Positions 34,718 to 44,389 of a stretch of 64,000 nt of DNA are shown here, in pieces. The notes under the pieces were generated by a model. The model saw only the letters and a program-made list of their open reading frames with translations. It made no database searches and was not told the DNA's origin. Position numbers and translations under genes: made by a program. This stretch comes from a virus (taxonomy: Duplodnaviria; Heunggongvirae; Uroviricota; Caudoviricetes), in IMG/VR virus record IMGVR_UViG_3300042691_025398, positions 119,814 through 183,813 of that record; one strand, written 5' to 3'. Within the stretch, counting starts at the first letter, position 1, and every line of letters begins with the position of its first letter.

Positions 34718-37700
34718 CTCGCTGGTACTACCATAAATTCACCGCTGCCCAGTAGGCCTTGTTGTCTTAACCAATTGGCGGCGTATACATTTGCCTCACC
34801 TTGGTTACTACGATGTACAAAACTGTACACTTCACGATCATTCGGGTCTAATATCAACCAACGAGTATTACCTGGTGGTAGGCTTTCTGTACCACGTGCT
34901 TGATCTTGTTGTCCAGCTAATCTTTGATTTATGCGATCCTGTGTAGATCCTGGAATCGGCGTTCCGTCAGTGGGCCTGCCTTCTATAGGGCGAACGGCAT
35001 ATCTCGTGCGCCAACTGCTGTCACCAGGTTGATATTCTCCTGTTCCCTGTACCCAATCGCTAAGTTTTGCTATTGCTTCTTGGGCGGTGTTGGCGATAAA
35101 TCTAAACACCACTCGGTCCGATCCACCGCTACGATCTATGATCTCATAGTTGGCACCGCTAGTTGGTTCGCCTCCTGCCCGACCTACTGGATTGGCTTCT
35201 ATAGATCTAACACCTAATCCTCTTTCTGCCAATCCAGCACGCACACGATCCATGGCAGCATTGGCATTAGGAGCTCTAGTGTTAATATCATGTGGATGTC
35301 CGTAGTCATCTGTCCATTGAACATTATAAAGTTGTTCTGTTTGTGCTGCTGGTGCAGATGTATTAGCAGGCGAACCATCTATTTTATAGGCAGTGTTGGT
35401 ATTAAGATCAATGATTCTAATATCTTCAGGGGTAAGGTTATATCTGGGAGTACCAATGTATATGTTGGTCATTTCAACCGTGTATGCAAAAGTTCGTGTT
35501 GCGCCGCCTAATATTACTTGTCCATCTCTATTATCAATCACTTGATATATGCTGGTATGCGGTGCTCGGGCAAATCCACCACCACCTGTGGATCTTGGCC
35601 GCATCTGTGGACGTACATATATAGGATCATCAAATCCTGTTTGCTCCTGCCATCTTTGGGCGTATCTTTCTGCATCCTGAATAGCATTACCTATGCCACT
35701 TATGGTGTGTACAACTTCGTCAGTGGATCTACTTACAACTTCCCATGTACCAGTAAACTCTTGGTCACGGCTCGAAGTTTGTGATTGTGTACCGGTATTG
35801 TATCTAGCAGGCCTTCCGTCAATGTCATAGACCTGACCATTGTCGGTGTTTATGATACGGATATCTGCACGACGTATATTGTTGCTCAGAGCTATCTCTG
35901 CTGCTGCTTGGGAGGCATAAATGAATGTTCCACCAAGACCTTGTAACATATTGCGAGTAGCTTGATTCATGATGGCCCACGAACCCGGTGTATTACTTGT
36001 CGCTGCTGGATAATCTAGAGGAGTAGCTGTAGAGTCTGAATCAGACGGACCTTGGTCAGGCGAAAGTTTCTTCAATTTACGCTGTTGTTGTGCTTGCTTA
36101 ACGAAACTCTTTAATGCTGACTGTGGTAGTTCTCCAGCTGCATAACGTGCAAAGAATTGAATAGTGTCATCACTTTCGCCTAGAGATAGAGTCTTGTACA
36201 ACTTCTTCATGTACTCTTGACGATATAATTCGGGTTTCATGGCAATGTCTAGTGCCACTGTAAAACGCAGTAGAGTGTTTTTAATCTTATCTGGATCAGC
36301 TGCATATTCCCCTAGCCAATCACCCCCAGGGCTACGAAACTCAATGTATCCATCTTTGGTGTTGATACTGGTGTATTTGTTTGTGGTGCCGGTGTGTACA
36401 ATCTTTGATGCCATGGCACTGAGATTGCCTTGCATCTGTTGCAGCATGGTCTTGACTTTGTCAGGATTGGTGCGGGCGATCTTTTTAATGTTTTCCATGG
36501 CACTGGAACAGTAGCTATTACCAGCACGACCAAATTGATCTAACACATACTCATCGCCCAAGAATATGGCCAACTTAACATAGTCAAGTTTGCTGAGTTC
36601 AAAACCAGGAACACTCACATTCATGTGCAAACCAGTGGTGCTGTTGGTGTAACAGTCGTTACGAGCAGCCCATTTCACCACCTTGTCTAGATCAGATAAC
36701 ATCTCATCTAAGGGCAGTGGCGGGCTAATAAATTCCAATCCGCCGTCTTCGGGATTGTCAGGATCACTAAGACTGCTGTCTGTTTCTACACGATAGTTAT
36801 CGGTTTGACTACCAGCACCACTGTGGTAACCACCTGATTTAACTCTGCGACCAATGGCTGATTGGAAATCACTGGCAACGTCGTTGATGTCTATACTACC
36901 ACCGCCGCTGTCAGAATATAACACATAGGGCCAATCAAGACTAAATTGATTGCCGAAGTCCAACATGGTATCGATGTCGTTATCGCTTAAGAAATCTTCC
37001 CATTGATCTTCGCTTTGATATTCTTCTTGGAACTGTTCCATGGCACGGTCATGTTCTGGACCGCCAGTTTCGTTCGCCACAGTAAGAATACGCTCCTGGT
37101 AGTCTTCGTCACTTTCACCGTCGTCCTGTGGAAGTTCGTTTTTGAGATAATCCAAGAACACGCTATAATTATCGTCTGACCACTCCTGGAAGTTTTCGTC
37201 TTTCCATGCCCAGTAATCTTCATCTAGTCTGTCAAGGGCACGTTGAATTGTGCTGGTAGTGTTACCGTAATCGCCGCCTCTAAAGAAGTCCATGACTTCT
37301 CTCTGCCAGCCACGACCAGTTGGAAAACTTTCGTCCATGTCATAGTCTGGCTCAACCTCTCCATAGTCTTCGTCGGCTTCGGCAGCATTGGGCACATACA
37401 TTTCGAATTCCATGCCGGCTATGGCACCAGTTTTAGCGGCCATCTGTCGGAGATTACTGGGACTCATGTTTACTTCGTTTAGTTCTTCTTCGTCTTTAAT
37501 TGATTCTAGCAAACGATTGAGTTTTTTCATGAGCAGCTGAGGATGTCCTTGACTGTCCACGTCTAGATTTAATTTGTTTGCTTCTTGACCTATTTGTCCT
37601 GGTTTGATATCCACAGTGAGAGCCATTTTGAATCTTGGATCTTTGGCCTGCCGTTTGGTTGGGATATATCCTGAGCTTTCTCTTACATTAGGCTCGCCTC

Positions 37701-39501
37701 TTAATCGGTCTCTCAATCTATTGATTAATTCTTCCTTGGCGCCACCTAGGCCCATGTCTTTAACTGACTGTGCTGTGCGTCCTACGGTCTGTACTCCACG
37801 TAGCACATCAGTGGTAGGAGAATCAGTAGTGGCACAACCTGGTGTGCCTGCTATGCAAGCCGCAGCAGCCGCGGTGCCCAGTGCTGACTTCCAATCTTCA
37901 TCTACATTGTAAGTGGGATCAACCTTTTGGCGAGGAATGTTTTTAGGTTGTTTAGGATCAACAGGATCAATGTCAGTGGTTGATAGGCCAGTTTTTTCTA
38001 AATCCTTGATGTATTCATGTTCGGTGTCTTCGTCGCCAAAACTGATAATGGCACTGGGTGGGCCTTTGCCAAAATCATGTTTGCCAAGGCCTTTCATGTT
38101 GCTAATGTGCTGTCCCAGTTTGTACCAGTCGTACACATCACTCACGTCCACTTTAACAGTGCCTGCTGGCATTGTGGGTTTGGATTCAGGTCCTGGTGGA
38201 GTTGCATTGGGATCATAGTCTTCGCCCAGATCCGGATCAAACATGTGAGGATTCTGTTTGTTCCAATGCCGCATGATTTCACCAGCCTTGGCATTGGCTT
38301 CGTTTTCCCATTTGCTTCCGGTTTTGCCTGCATCAGGAGGCAACGGACTGGTCTGATCTTGAGCAGCATGCACTAGTTCATGTGCAAGTGTTCGCAGGAT
38401 ATCAATGATATGTCGATCCACCACACTGATGTGCAGAGTCTTGGTCGTGTGATCATATTGCCCAAAGCTGTTGGAATTCTTGCTCCAGCTGGAATCGGAA
38501 TGTGTGCGTATTTTTGGCAAGCGTTTCATGCCCAACTGTCGAGCACAGAACTTGGCGAAATCAGCTATGGTACTGCGAATGTCCGTTTTGTTGTCTTCAC
38601 TAGTGAACATTCTAGTGGTTGGACTTACGCCATCCCAACTGCTGCCCACGTCTTCGCGAACACTTTCACCGCCACCGCCATCTCCACCACCGCTGTCGCT
38701 GCCAGACTCTCCACTGCCGCCGTAATATCCAAAACCAGGATACCAATAACCGCCATAGGCATAACGGCGACGTGATTTTTTACGCTTGCGTTCTACCAAG
38801 CTGAGTTCATCATCCTTGGCCTGCTGTCGGGCTGTTTGTAATTTTTCTATTACGCCGTTAACTCTCAGCAGTTTGAACACAAGATTTTCTGTGCTGAATT
38901 CACCCTTCTGCTCCAGGCCTGCTTTGCGCATGTCTTTGATTTTTTGCCAAAGACGATCCATGGTCTCGCGTTCTCGAGAAGCAATGGCCTGCTCAATTCT
39001 GGCTTCTAGATCTTCGGCTTTGTGCTGTACAGATTGGTCGTCAATGTCAGCACGTTTGCGACGCGGCACTGACAGCCATTTATTTTGTAGAATACTGTAG
39101 ATGCCTTGACTCACATGTGTATCTCCAGCGGGCTGCACATACAGCTCTACATCTGAGCCTCGCACACGAAGATCATGCTGGTCGTTGTATTGGTACTTTT
39201 TGGCGTTGAACAGTTCACGATACACTTCATCTGACAGTTCAGGAATGTCCACCACAAGGTGTAGATCTATGTCGCTGTTGGGAGTGTAATTGAAAGCAGC
39301 ATTGCTGCCTGATATAGTGATGTCTTTGACTTCTAGATTTTTAACACCCAGAAATTCTCTAAAGTCATCAGCAATGCGCAACAGAGCGTCGCGCACTTCG
39401 GGGCGCAGATTTTCATCTTTGCCCCAAAGTCCAGGATTAAGCCGATCGTGAAATCTAACAGCGTCGGCTAAATTATAGTTTTCCAGTTCATCGATATGCA
39501 T
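34714..39501 (-). CDS. 1595-aa multidomain protein: Pol-beta-like nucleotidyltransferase, zincin HExxH module, putative amidoligase (COOH-NH2 ligase type 2), C-terminal repeats
   Basis: GSNA...SDIDLHL; LAHELVHAAQ; GMEFEM...VETDSSL...LEFISPP...GLHMNVS...YIEFRSPG. Confidence 0.8.
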   Translation of the reverse strand: MHIDELENYNLADAVRFHDRLNPGLWGKDENLRPEVRDALLRIADDFREFLGVKNLEVKDITISGSNAAFNYTPNSDIDLHLVVDIPELSDEVYRELFNAKKYQYNDQHDLRVRGSDVELYVQPAGDTHVSQGIYSILQNKWLSVPRRKRADIDDQSVQHKAEDLEARIEQAIASRERETMDRLWQKIKDMRKAGLEQKGEFSTENLVFKLLRVNGVIEKLQTARQQAKDDELSLVERKRKKSRRRYAYGGYWYPGFGYYGGSGESGSDSGGGDGGGGESVREDVGSSWDGVSPTTRMFTSEDNKTDIRSTIADFAKFCARQLGMKRLPKIRTHSDSSWSKNSNSFGQYDHTTKTLHISVVDRHIIDILRTLAHELVHAAQDQTSPLPPDAGKTGSKWENEANAKAGEIMRHWNKQNPHMFDPDLGEDYDPNATPPGPESKPTMPAGTVKVDVSDVYDWYKLGQHISNMKGLGKHDFGKGPPSAIISFGDEDTEHEYIKDLEKTGLSTTDIDPVDPKQPKNIPRQKVDPTYNVDEDWKSALGTAAAAACIAGTPGCATTDSPTTDVLRGVQTVGRTAQSVKDMGLGGAKEELINRLRDRLRGEPNVRESSGYIPTKRQAKDPRFKMALTVDIKPGQIGQEANKLNLDVDSQGHPQLLMKKLNRLLESIKDEEELNEVNMSPSNLRQMAAKTGAIAGMEFEMYVPNAAEADEDYGEVEPDYDMDESFPTGRGWQREVMDFFRGGDYGNTTSTIQRALDRLDEDYWAWKDENFQEWSDDNYSVFLDYLKNELPQDDGESDEDYQERILTVANETGGPEHDRAMEQFQEEYQSEDQWEDFLSDNDIDTMLDFGNQFSLDWPYVLYSDSGGGSIDINDVASDFQSAIGRRVKSGGYHSGAGSQTDNYRVETDSSLSDPDNPEDGGLEFISPPLPLDEMLSDLDKVVKWAARNDCYTNSTTGLHMNVSVPGFELSKLDYVKLAIFLGDEYVLDQFGRAGNSYCSSAMENIKKIARTNPDKVKTMLQQMQGNLSAMASKIVHTGTTNKYTSINTKDGYIEFRSPGGDWLGEYAADPDKIKNTLLRFTVALDIAMKPELYRQEYMKKLYKTLSLGESDDTIQFFARYAAGELPQSALKSFVKQAQQQRKLKKLSPDQGPSDSDSTATPLDYPAATSNTPGSWAIMNQATRNMLQGLGGTFIYASQAAAEIALSNNIRRADIRIINTDNGQVYDIDGRPARYNTGTQSQTSSRDQEFTGTWEVVSRSTDEVVHTISGIGNAIQDAERYAQRWQEQTGFDDPIYVRPQMRPRSTGGGGFARAPHTSIYQVIDNRDGQVILGGATRTFAYTVEMTNIYIGTPRYNLTPEDIRIIDLNTNTAYKIDGSPANTSAPAAQTEQLYNVQWTDDYGHPHDINTRAPNANAAMDRVRAGLAERGLGVRSIEANPVGRAGGEPTSGANYEIIDRSGGSDRVVFRFIANTAQEAIAKLSDWVQGTGEYQPGDSSWRTRYAVRPIEGRPTDGTPIPGSTQDRINQRLAGQQDQARGTESLPPGNTRWLILDPNDREVYSFVHRSNQGEANVYAANWLRQQGLLGSGEFMVVPAR

Positions 39502-39519
39502 ATGAACTGTATTTATTGC

Positions 39520-40488
39520 TTAGGCAGCAGGCGCGGCTTCTAGTTGATTTTCACTGCTGCTTAATACTCTAGCCTTGACTGGTGCAGGCTCTGGGCCACT
39601 AACCACTGTTACTGGTGCAGGCTGAGAGAGATCGCTGTCGGGTGCAAGAGCTTTTCCATTGGCCTGTGCTACCTTGTGCAGTTCACGATACATGTTTTCC
39701 TGTGTGCCAAAATCAAAGGTGTGTGTGCCCACGTGACGCAGTAAAATGCGCTTGTCTACAAACACTTGACCACCTAGATCACGCCAGTTTTCACAGAAAG
39801 TCCAATCCTCGCTGTAGTAACGATTTTCACGCACAGCAGTATCAAAATAGGTTTTCATGTCCTTGTCAAGACTAGAGTCAAGACCAATGTCATTTGCAAA
39901 AGATTTCACAGCTGGATGTGCCTTGAGTTTTTCAAATACCTCACGCTTGATCAACATGAAGCCGGTGCCGGTCTTGGTGACTTCTAACAAACCGTTTGGA
40001 TCATTGTCCGGCGCTCCAGGAATGCCGTTAACGCACCATTTTACAGGAATAGTCTTCATGGGATACAGACCTCCCACCACGTCCTTGTCATGATTTAACA
40101 GTGCCAGCAGGTGCCAAGGTTCCCAACCAATGTCAGCATCAATAAACATCAAATGAGTGCTTTCAGGGTTGCTGAGGAATTTGGCCACTAGAGTGTTGCG
40201 AGCACGGCTGATCAAGCTTTCGTTGGTCATGGTTTCCACGGTCCAGTCAATGCCCAATTGACGGCAAGCGTTGCCCCATTTTACAAAACTCATGAAAGTT
40301 TGTTCAGTCAGCATGCCACCATAGCAGGGCATGCAGATGTGTACTCTTGTGGTGCGTAGATAATCTACGTTGACTTGTATTTGTTGTGTGTTGTTATCTG
40401 CTGCAGGAGCTTCTGCAGGAACAGGAGCAGGAGTAGTAACTTCGGCTTCAACCACATCATTACTCTCATACATTTTTTCGTAAACCAT
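39520..40488 (-). CDS. GT-A fold glycosyltransferase
   Basis: ICMPCYGG, SLISRARN, MFIDADIGW (DxD) and YSEDWTFC; Pro/Ala-rich tails. Confidence 0.8.
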   Translation of the reverse strand: MVYEKMYESNDVVEAEVTTPAPVPAEAPAADNNTQQIQVNVDYLRTTRVHICMPCYGGMLTEQTFMSFVKWGNACRQLGIDWTVETMTNESLISRARNTLVAKFLSNPESTHLMFIDADIGWEPWHLLALLNHDKDVVGGLYPMKTIPVKWCVNGIPGAPDNDPNGLLEVTKTGTGFMLIKREVFEKLKAHPAVKSFANDIGLDSSLDKDMKTYFDTAVRENRYYSEDWTFCENWRDLGGQVFVDKRILLRHVGTHTFDFGTQENMYRELHKVAQANGKALAPDSDLSQPAPVTVVSGPEPAPVKARVLSSSENQLEAAPAA

Positions 40489-40544
40489 AAATTCCTCTCA
40501 GGTAAAAAGTTAAGATATTTAACCGTGTACTAGAGGACTGTAAA

Positions 40545-42125
40545 TTATTTGCTCAGGTATTTGGCTCGCAGCTTTTGAGCAACTTCTGCCAGTTTACGAT
40601 CATACTGTCGCATGGCTCTGGATGTACGGTCTTGACGTTCTCTTGAGTCAGCATAAGGATCATTAGTCGTACCACCAAATCCGGATCCTTGAATACCACC
40701 TTGTTGCACCACTCGAGTTACTGTTTTGCCTTTTTTCGCGTAATGGGATCTAAAATCAAATTCATCACTTCTTACATTGATGGTATCAGTGCTACCATCA
40801 TCAAAGGTCACCTGGTATGTGTAATATTCTCCTGGCATCAACCCTTCTTGCGTTTTGACTTTGTGCTTGTTTGGTCCTTGATCGGATGCATGCTTGGCAA
40901 TCAAGGAATTGATCATGGCTGTTTTATGTTCAGGTGCAGCAGTGCTTTGTGCAATTTTCTTGATTAAGTCTAAAACATTAGGAGGCAGCCCACCAGCTTC
41001 ATCTAGTTCTCTACGATAATTTGCATCATAATCATCAATGCCCCGGGGAGTGGCTCGAGGTATGCTATGAGGTCTACTAAAATCTCTATTAGATGGAGTA
41101 GCTGACCCAGAACCGCCTATAGGACCACGGCCACGACCGCGTTTTCGTTCCGGAGTGCCATATACGCCTTGTTTGACACCAGCACCGCCTCTTGGCTTTG
41201 GTGCGTTTTTAGACTTGATATAAGCATCTAACTCATCAAAGCCTTCCGCTACACTAGACTCTGGTAATTGACCTTCGGGGCCTGTCTTACGATATGGACT
41301 AGATGCTTTCATAGCATCCATGCGACTCTTATTCAAGGTGCCTTTCCGTCCTGTACGATCAGTTTTATATAGATCATCTGGCCCTGCAACAGTTCTCCCA
41401 CCAAGTTTATCAAAATTTTGTGCTTTGCCGGTGTTTGGTCTAATCTGCACTGTGATATTCTTCAACACTTTCATAGCATCACCAATGGAATTGAAAGTGT
41501 CGTTTATATCACCACCGTGATACCCGTCTCGGTCTTCAAACTTTATTTTCACACGACCAGTCGTTACATCGTAATAGACTGTTCCTTGAGCATAGTAACC
41601 GCCTTCACGGTCATCAAACTCCCAAACTCTTATGTTGGGATTACCTGATTCTTCTTCGTACCAGCCGTGTAGATTTTCAATGGCTTGTGCAAAATCACCT
41701 TTGCCTTCCGCCACACCTTGCGTACCAAACCAACCTTGATTGGTTCGTAAATTAAATTCACCAATGACATCACCGTCCCAGCTTTGTGCCACCAAACGAA
41801 CTCTATCCTTCTGTGGGTGTACAGTTCCGCCTTGAGCAGAAACTTGATCACGCCACTGATCATAATCACTAAATCTATTGTTGCCTAGTTGCTGTTCATC
41901 AAAGTACTCACGAGGCTGATTTAATTGCATGCGCATTTTTAATTTGCCGTTTACATAGACCTCACCAATCTTGCCTTTTTGATAACTAACCAGTTTAGAT
42001 GCCTTGTTTCTAGCATGATCAATGTCGTTATAAGGACCAGGAACCACTTGTCCATCCAGCCTTACTTCAATGTTTTCATCACTTTCTTTTAACAGTGATC
42101 TTGTGTTAAAATCTTGGTATCTCAT
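40545..42125 (-). CDS. modular polyprotein-like hypothetical protein
   Basis: 526 aa of short unrelated segments separated by LKE, FDE, VAE, LPE, LDE and LAE. Confidence 0.8.
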   Translation of the reverse strand: MRYQDFNTRSLLKESDENIEVRLDGQVVPGPYNDIDHARNKASKLVSYQKGKIGEVYVNGKLKMRMQLNQPREYFDEQQLGNNRFSDYDQWRDQVSAQGGTVHPQKDRVRLVAQSWDGDVIGEFNLRTNQGWFGTQGVAEGKGDFAQAIENLHGWYEEESGNPNIRVWEFDDREGGYYAQGTVYYDVTTGRVKIKFEDRDGYHGGDINDTFNSIGDAMKVLKNITVQIRPNTGKAQNFDKLGGRTVAGPDDLYKTDRTGRKGTLNKSRMDAMKASSPYRKTGPEGQLPESSVAEGFDELDAYIKSKNAPKPRGGAGVKQGVYGTPERKRGRGRGPIGGSGSATPSNRDFSRPHSIPRATPRGIDDYDANYRRELDEAGGLPPNVLDLIKKIAQSTAAPEHKTAMINSLIAKHASDQGPNKHKVKTQEGLMPGEYYTYQVTFDDGSTDTINVRSDEFDFRSHYAKKGKTVTRVVQQGGIQGSGFGGTTNDPYADSRERQDRTSRAMRQYDRKLAEVAQKLRAKYLSK

Positions 42126-42127
42126 GG

Positions 42128-43753
42128 TTAGACTTTCTTGTTTTTGACTTCTGCCAGTAACTGTTTTAGTTTGTGCAGAGATTCTTGTACGCTTTCGTTC
42201 TTTTTACGGCCTTGGCAGTGTGCACGTTGACTAAAGCCTTTGGGATTGGCACAGTTAATAGAGCGCTTGTATTGCTCGCTCCATTTTTCATCCAGTTGAT
42301 CTGAATCCACGCTTTCTTTTTTGTTACCCCAATTCTTGGCACCTTTTTTGCGACACTGTACCAATGCGCCCGATGCATAGGCAGATGGCCAAACCTTGTA
42401 ACGACTTTTTACCTTGTAGTAGCAAGCATCTTGCTTTTCATTCATGAGACTGATTTCATACAGGGCACCACCGCATTCTGGACATTGTTGGTGTGTTTCT
42501 TCAACGCTTTCCTTGGGCACACAGTTAGGCACCATGCGGTCGCCTTTTTTCTTCATGCCCACCTGTTTGTGAGTGTCCCAGCAGCGTTCATCCAGCTGAG
42601 CTTCGTCTGTTTTCTTTTTGGTGTTAACGTTGATGGCTTTACCACTGCGTTCAGGATTGGGATCTTCTCTGCGCTTTCTAGCTGCTGCACTTGCACGACC
42701 TTTTTTGCCCAATGCCTGCGCCTTGCTCTGTGGCAGGCATTTTGGTTTGCCTTCTGAATCGTCGCCTCTAGCACAGTCGCCGCGGATTTTACCATCAGGA
42801 CCAAATCGCACCCATTTTTCTTTGAACCATTTGCGTAGATCTTCTTCTAGGTCGCGTTCTTCAAGATAGTCAGCTGTGATATCCATTTCTTTGCCACGTG
42901 CCACAGGTCTACGTCCTTGACGTTCACGGAATTTTTCCAAGTCTGCCATGGCCTGAATCATGGACTTTAAAACGCCACGATCGTATATCACTTGATACAG
43001 CGCACGATACTGATTGGTCTCAACCAAACGACTCAGGTCTGCAATTTTTCTTGCGATTTCTTGATGCAGACTCTGCACAGAATATGTGCCCATGCCTCCT
43101 GCGGGACGCAACTGAATTCCTGACTCAGGATCATTTATCAGCACAGTTTCATTCATGATCTCGTTTTCATCAACTTTGTTCAATCTCAAATCAAAAATCT
43201 TGCGCAGGTTGCCGTCTGGCTGTCCATAAAGGTCTGCTAGTATTTGATCACGGCCTGCGTCATTGCTCTTGCTGTATAGGTCACGTATTTGACTGGCGCT
43301 GTCCGCATTCACGCCCTGCACCTTGAAGTCCACACGCGGAGTCAACAGTGCATAACCATGCTGTTTCATGGGACGCAGACCTTTACCTCCCTCGGGGAAG
43401 GGCTGCAGATAACTGGGTGAACCATCACGCTTGGGTTTGAAACTGATACGCTCTGCATCTTTGTCACTGAGCGCAAACACCAGCACAGTGTTTTCAGGAT
43501 CAAAGTCTTTGGTGATTTCCTGCGCTTGATAGGGATTGCGAACCTGTACCACATGACTAGCTGGTATTCCCAGTTGAGTCATCATCAGCTGTTTGTCACC
43601 AAAACTGAACGGGCTGGTTCCGGGCTCTTGTTTGTCTGACGTGGCTACAAACACATTGTCTTCACCAAATCGCTTGGTTAACCATTGATAACTGGCAAGG
43701 TGCCCACGGTGGAACGGATGAAATCGGCCTGGATAGATCACTAGTGTTTGCAT
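42128..43753 (-). CDS. HxGH nucleotidyltransferase fused to basic Cys-containing modules
   Basis: IYPGRFHPFHRGH and SASQIR; then KWFKEKWV, CWDTHK...VPNCVP, DACYYKVK...WPSAYASG and KWS..YKRSINC modules. ATG at 43753. Confidence 0.8.
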   Translation of the reverse strand: MQTLVIYPGRFHPFHRGHLASYQWLTKRFGEDNVFVATSDKQEPGTSPFSFGDKQLMMTQLGIPASHVVQVRNPYQAQEITKDFDPENTVLVFALSDKDAERISFKPKRDGSPSYLQPFPEGGKGLRPMKQHGYALLTPRVDFKVQGVNADSASQIRDLYSKSNDAGRDQILADLYGQPDGNLRKIFDLRLNKVDENEIMNETVLINDPESGIQLRPAGGMGTYSVQSLHQEIARKIADLSRLVETNQYRALYQVIYDRGVLKSMIQAMADLEKFRERQGRRPVARGKEMDITADYLEERDLEEDLRKWFKEKWVRFGPDGKIRGDCARGDDSEGKPKCLPQSKAQALGKKGRASAAARKRREDPNPERSGKAINVNTKKKTDEAQLDERCWDTHKQVGMKKKGDRMVPNCVPKESVEETHQQCPECGGALYEISLMNEKQDACYYKVKSRYKVWPSAYASGALVQCRKKGAKNWGNKKESVDSDQLDEKWSEQYKRSINCANPKGFSQRAHCQGRKKNESVQESLHKLKQLLAEVKNKKV

Positions 43754-43768
43754 GATCAAATATTTATG

Positions 43769-44206
43769 CTAAAGGTTTTCTAGCATCCAGATGTAGATTG
43801 GGGTAGTGAATTCAAAACGCACACGGCCATTGCAGCCCATGATGCCACAAAAGGTGTCTTCCACGGCATCAGCAGTACCGTTAAAATCATGACTGTACAC
43901 AGCAGCACTGTCAAACGCATAATCAACGTCTATGCATTCAAACTGTTTGTTTTTGATGCTGACCAGGTGATCTTCCGTGATATTGCCCTCTTCATCCACC
44001 TGGGTGTGATCGTGAGTTTTACCACTGAGCACAAACTGTATGCTGTGAGATTCAGGCTGAACTGAGTCTGGAAATTCATACGTGAAATCATGAATGCTCA
44101 CTGGATCATACACAGCAGCAGTGGTGCCGTCGCACAGGATTTCCAAACGCATGGGTGCAGCGGCAGCAGGGCCATGAATATCACAGCTGAATGTGATTTT
44201 TGACAT
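43769..44206 (-). CDS. hypothetical beta-rich protein
   Basis: 145-aa ORF. Confidence 0.7.
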   Translation of the reverse strand: MSKITFSCDIHGPAAAAPMRLEILCDGTTAAVYDPVSIHDFTYEFPDSVQPESHSIQFVLSGKTHDHTQVDEEGNITEDHLVSIKNKQFECIDVDYAFDSAAVYSHDFNGTADAVEDTFCGIMGCNGRVRFEFTTPIYIWMLENL

Positions 44207-44214
44207 CTAAAAGA

Positions 44215-44379
44215 TCAGGCTTTTTCAACTTCAACGATCACTGAATCACCCAGCAGCTCTTGTGCCACTGCTTCAAGAGCTTGTACAGTGTCTTCGGTGA
44301 CCAGTGTATCGCTGGAGTTGTTTGATTTGACCAGTTTAGACACTTTGATTACGATGTTTTCTTCAAGTATGGTTGCCAT
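44215..44379 (-). CDS. 54-aa hypothetical protein (below ORF-track cutoff)
   Basis: MATILEENIVIKVSKLVKS...VIVEVEKA*; TAAATA 7 nt upstream. Confidence 0.65.
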   Translation of the reverse strand: MATILEENIVIKVSKLVKSNNSSDTLVTEDTVQALEAVAQELLGDSVIVEVEKA

Positions 44380-44389
44380 AGTTGAATAT

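Noticed and set aside
38660-38730. GC-rich CCGCCA repeats
   Set aside because: They simply encode a Gly/Ser/Asp linker (SGGGDGGGGES).
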